Source of the DNA: an uncultured Campylobacter sp.
GTDB lineage: Bacteria; Campylobacterota; Campylobacteria; Campylobacterales; Campylobacteraceae
Direction: 5' to 3'
DNA length: 38,744 nt
NCBI RefSeq assembly: GCF_938018035.1
Contig: NZ_CALIJF010000150.1
Location: forward strand, 1 to 38,744
The notes under the pieces: generated by a model
What the model was told of the DNA's origin: nothing
The model's database searches: none
What the model saw: the letters and a program-made list of their open reading frames with translations, nothing else
Made by a program: the position numbers and the translations under genes
Shown: piece by piece, positions 35,529 through 38,744 of the stretch
Numbering within the stretch: the first letter of the stretch is position 1
How the letters are laid out: the number at the start of each line of letters is the position of its first letter

Positions 35529-36452
35529 GTGTTAAAAGAAAAAATTAGAAACGGAAAAAGCGGAATTTTGCTCTACGGCATCGTTCCGCCTAAAATCACG
35601 TCCTCTCAAGACGAGCTCGAGCACCTGGGTACGGCGTGGTCACAACGCCTAAGCGAATGCGAATGCGACGGCATCGTCATCTACGATCTACAAGATGAAA
35701 GCGCACGCACGAAAGATGAGCGGACCTTTCCTTTTGTGCATACAATCGATCCTGCGCGCTATTACACGCAGTATCTACACACCGATAAAGAAGCGATCAT
35801 CTACCGCGCGGTAGGCAAATATGATGAAGCGGAATTTTGCGAAATTCTAAGGCATGCCGCAAGCGGACTGGGCGTTTTCGTGGGGGCGAGCTCTAAAAAC
35901 GAAGAATGCAAACTGCATCTAAGCCACGCCTATGAGATCAAGCGACTCGTGGCGCCGCATCTTTGTCTAGGCGGCATCTGCATACCCGAGCGCCACGAAA
36001 AGAGCCGCGACGAGCACCTAAAAATCGCGGAGAAGACTGCGGACGGGTGCGAATTTTTTATCACTCAGGCGGTTTATAATGTGCAAAATGCCAAAGATTT
36101 CATCGACGATTACGCCGCTTTGGAGTGCAAAAAGGTGCCGATAATCTTTACTTTTACGCCGTGCGGTAGCCTAAAGACGCTTGAGTTTATGAAATGGCTT
36201 GGCATCTCGGTGCCAGATTTTTTGCAGCAACGGCTGCAAAGCAGCGTCGATATCTTACAAAGTTCAACAGCGCTGTGCGCGGAGATGTTTGATTTCATCT
36301 ATAAATACGCCCTCGCAAAAGGCGTAAGCGTAGGCGCAAACGTCGAGAGCGTAAGCACCCGCCGCGTCGAAATCGAAGCCTCGCTCAGCTTACTAAAAGA
36401 GATCAGAAAAATTATCCTTAAGCACGAGAATTTGGGATTTTACGTTATTTAA
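35529..36452 (+). CDS. divergent methylenetetrahydrofolate reductase-like protein
   Basis: PPK near the N-terminus, GGICIPERH, K..DGCEFFITQAVY, PCGS...FMKWLGISVP. Start moved to GTG 35529 (AAGGA RBS, downstream of the -10 box). Confidence 0.7.
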   Translation: MLKEKIRNGKSGILLYGIVPPKITSSQDELEHLGTAWSQRLSECECDGIVIYDLQDESARTKDERTFPFVHTIDPARYYTQYLHTDKEAIIYRAVGKYDEAEFCEILRHAASGLGVFVGASSKNEECKLHLSHAYEIKRLVAPHLCLGGICIPERHEKSRDEHLKIAEKTADGCEFFITQAVYNVQNAKDFIDDYAALECKKVPIIFTFTPCGSLKTLEFMKWLGISVPDFLQQRLQSSVDILQSSTALCAEMFDFIYKYALAKGVSVGANVESVSTRRVEIEASLSLLKEIRKIILKHENLGFYVI

Positions 36453-36689
36453 AATTTAAATCGGGTACACGAGCAACACTCTAGATAGTCCAAGCTAACG
36501 GAGGAATTTTAGATAATTTCGGATCACTTTCTAAAAAATAATCGAAATTTTATCCGAATGGAATTTGAACTTAAAATTTATAAAAAATTGTCTTAATAAT
36601 ATGCTTTAATACCTGTCGTCCGTAACTGTGAGATGATATTTCGTGCTAAAATTTTCAATACTTGCAATGGCATTGAGCTAGACCTACCA

Positions 36690-37290
36690 TCAAAACCTAT
36701 AAACCGCTGTAGCTTTCGCACTAAAACTAAACGCATTGACCGTTTAAGTCTGCAGCTGACGCGACCGCACCTTCCGGCTTGCCGCTGGATAATTTTAATA
36801 TCCTATCCTTTTTTAGAGCATATTGTATAGCGGAGAGATGGGATAACTGGAGGTTTTAACGAACCCGATATAGATACGACGCTCCTGTACTCATGACATA
36901 GCGTCCCTTATTGTTCCATTCGTAGTATTTGATTTAAATTTACCAGCGTTTATGCTAAATTTCAAATCTAAGGCAATTTGATGCTTGCTGTTATGAGCGT
37001 TTTGGTATTTGAATTTTATTCTACAGCCTATGTGTAGGTCATTTAAAAGATCCACATACGCCGCCCGTAAAAATACTTACCGAGCTTTGCAGCTATAAAA
37101 GCCATTAATGCAGAATCGGCTGAAATTAACGCCCATTTAAGCTATCGAATATTTGATTTCTTTTGTATTTGAAAAGCCCATCGTCAAAAGCGATAGGCGC
37201 TCAAACTAATGTCGTTTTATAATCTCGCACAGAAAACCAATACTCAAACTACGCAATATTATAATATGCTTTCAATCGCAAATGCTTCAT
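36690..37290 (-). pseudogene. heavily decayed gene, possibly an outer-membrane beta-barrel (omptin-like)
   Basis: Fragmented frames; the last fragment ends NAFSFSAKATAVYRF*, a typical OMP C-terminal beta-signal. Composition differs from the RAATTY/GC-patch spacers elsewhere. Confidence 0.35.
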
Positions 37291-37409
37291 TTTAAAATTT
37301 TGAAACCTAGCTCAGAATAAATATAAATTTAAAATTAGTTTTGTAAATAAGCTTGGAATTTTAACTCTTAAATATGGCGAAATTCAAAGATAATGAAAGT
37401 TCAAAGGCG

Positions 37410-38408
37410 CTAGTTTATGCTCTTACCGCCGAATTTCAAAAGCGCGCTGCCCCACGTAAAGCCGCCGCCGAACGCATCCAAAAGCATAAGCGAGCCGTTT
37501 TCGAGCCTGCCGCTCTCGTAAGCGTCATTTATCGCCATCGGGATTGACGCCGAGCTCGTGTTACCGTATTTACCGATCGTAAGCACGCACTGCTCATCGC
37601 TAAATTCCAGTCTAGCCTTGACAGCCTCGATAATGCGTAAATTTGCCTGATGCGGGATGAAAAGATCGACCTGCTCGGGCAAAATTTTATTTTTCGCCAA
37701 AATCTCCACGACGTCGTTACTAAGCGTCGGTACCGCGATTTTAAAGACCTCGCGCCCCGCCATCTGCATGAAGCCCAGCTTTTCATCGATGATTTTTTGG
37801 CTGAGTGGATTGACACTACCCGGGGCTGCGGTGATTAGAAGATCGCCCTTGCTGCCGTCGCTAGCAGTATGAACGTCGATGATTTCGTTATCGTCGCGTG
37901 CCGCGATAACCGCAGCGCCTGCGCCGTCGCCGAAGAGTATGCACGTAGCGCGGTCGCTCCAATCGACTATTGAGCTGAGTTTTTCCGTGCCGATTATCAA
38001 CACGTGTTTTTTAGCGCCGCTTTCGATGAGAGATTTTGCAAGCTCTAAAAGATAGATGAAGCCCGTACAGGCGGCATTTATATCAAACGCCGTGATGCCG
38101 AAGTTTAAACCCAGTTTATCCGCGATGACGCACGCGGTCGAGGGCATGCAGAAATAATCGGGCGAGATCGTGGCGCAGATTATCGCATCGATCTCGTTTT
38201 TTTGCAAACCGCTACGCTCGATCGCAAGCGCTGCAGCCTTCATGCCCAAATCGCTAGTGGTCTCGCCCTTTGCTATGCGGCGCTCATGAATGCCTGTGCG
38301 CTTGACAATCCATTCATCAGTCGTTTCAACCATTTTTTCAAGATCGAAATTAGTTAAAATTTGACTCGGCGCGTATGCTGCGATCGAGATCATCGAGGCT
38401 TTTTTCAT
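37410..38408 (-). CDS. fabH: beta-ketoacyl-ACP synthase III
   Basis: [32 protein letters not shown]. Confidence 0.98.
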   Translation of the reverse strand: MKKASMISIAAYAPSQILTNFDLEKMVETTDEWIVKRTGIHERRIAKGETTSDLGMKAAALAIERSGLQKNEIDAIICATISPDYFCMPSTACVIADKLGLNFGITAFDINAACTGFIYLLELAKSLIESGAKKHVLIIGTEKLSSIVDWSDRATCILFGDGAGAAVIAARDDNEIIDVHTASDGSKGDLLITAAPGSVNPLSQKIIDEKLGFMQMAGREVFKIAVPTLSNDVVEILAKNKILPEQVDLFIPHQANLRIIEAVKARLEFSDEQCVLTIGKYGNTSSASIPMAINDAYESGRLENGSLMLLDAFGGGFTWGSALLKFGGKSIN

Positions 38409-38744
38409 TTTTGCTCGTTTGAAGAAATTTCGCTTTCTATCGCGGAGTTGATTTTAGAATCTGCAAATTTAAGCGCTTGAAAGATCGCGTTTTTAACGGC
38501 TTTCGGAGTGCTTTTGCCATGGCTTATGATGACGCATTCTTTGACGCCTAAAAGCGGCGCACCGCCGTATTCATCGTAATCTGTGCTTTTTTTGATTATC
38601 TTAAAAACGCGCTTCATCAAGATGGAGCCAGCGATGGCGATCGGGGATTTTTTCGTTTCGTTTTTAATAAGTTTGCCGATAGCGCTTGCGACACCTTCGC
38701 TGGATTTTAGCATAATGTTGCCGATAAATCCATCGCACACGACC
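38405..38744 (-). CDS. plsX: phosphate acyltransferase PlsX, 3' part only
   Basis: [24 protein letters not shown]; directly upstream of fabH and cut by the window end. Confidence 0.95.
   Translation of the reverse strand, partial: VVCDGFIGNIMLKSSEGVASAIGKLIKNETKKSPIAIAGSILMKRVFKIIKKSTDYDEYGGAPLLGVKECVIISHGKSTPKAVKNAIFQALKFADSKINSAIESEISSNEQK

Noticed and set aside
36633..36830. Plus-strand 65-aa ORF
   Set aside because: No RBS or recognisable motif; the opposite strand shows the better, though decayed, coding signal.
1..38744. tRNA, rRNA, riboswitch, integrase or transposase
   Set aside because: None recognised by eye; a covariance-model scan would be needed to exclude small structured RNAs.

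Overview
Chromosomal window from an epsilonproteobacterium, most consistent with an oral, non-thermotolerant Campylobacter (C. gracilis-like, by inference). Support: the ppx-ferredoxin-cosS-cosR-folB-plsY gene order, sigma-70 promoters with a -10 box and no clear -35, and dense RAATTY motifs. Core genes are trpS, aroK, der, proB, proA, polA, ppx, cosRS, folB, plsY, fabH and partial plsX. The most striking accessory block is a five-gene cluster at 7041-11449. It encodes an ATP-dependent activase, a double-cubane-type Fe-S reductase, a Tat-exported Cys-bearing ModA-fold protein with no ABC transporter partners, a NapH-like membrane polyferredoxin, and a stand-alone NifB with all six NifB fingerprint motifs. 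No nitrogenase genes are in the window, so this is a candidate nitrogenase-independent complex-metallocluster system. It is followed by an fccABC-like periplasmic flavocytochrome reductase module. Other accessory content: a cystine-type ABC transporter with a transsulfuration enzyme, a probable Crp/Fnr-controlled Fe-S/NO-stress operon, a Streptococcus-like ACT + UPF0210 pair, an AroK fusion with an internal start, an unannotated secreted EF-hand mini-ORF, a structured dispersed intergenic repeat, and several gene remnants. No rRNA, tRNA, CRISPR array or transposase was recognised. All homology calls come from motif recognition, not database searches.
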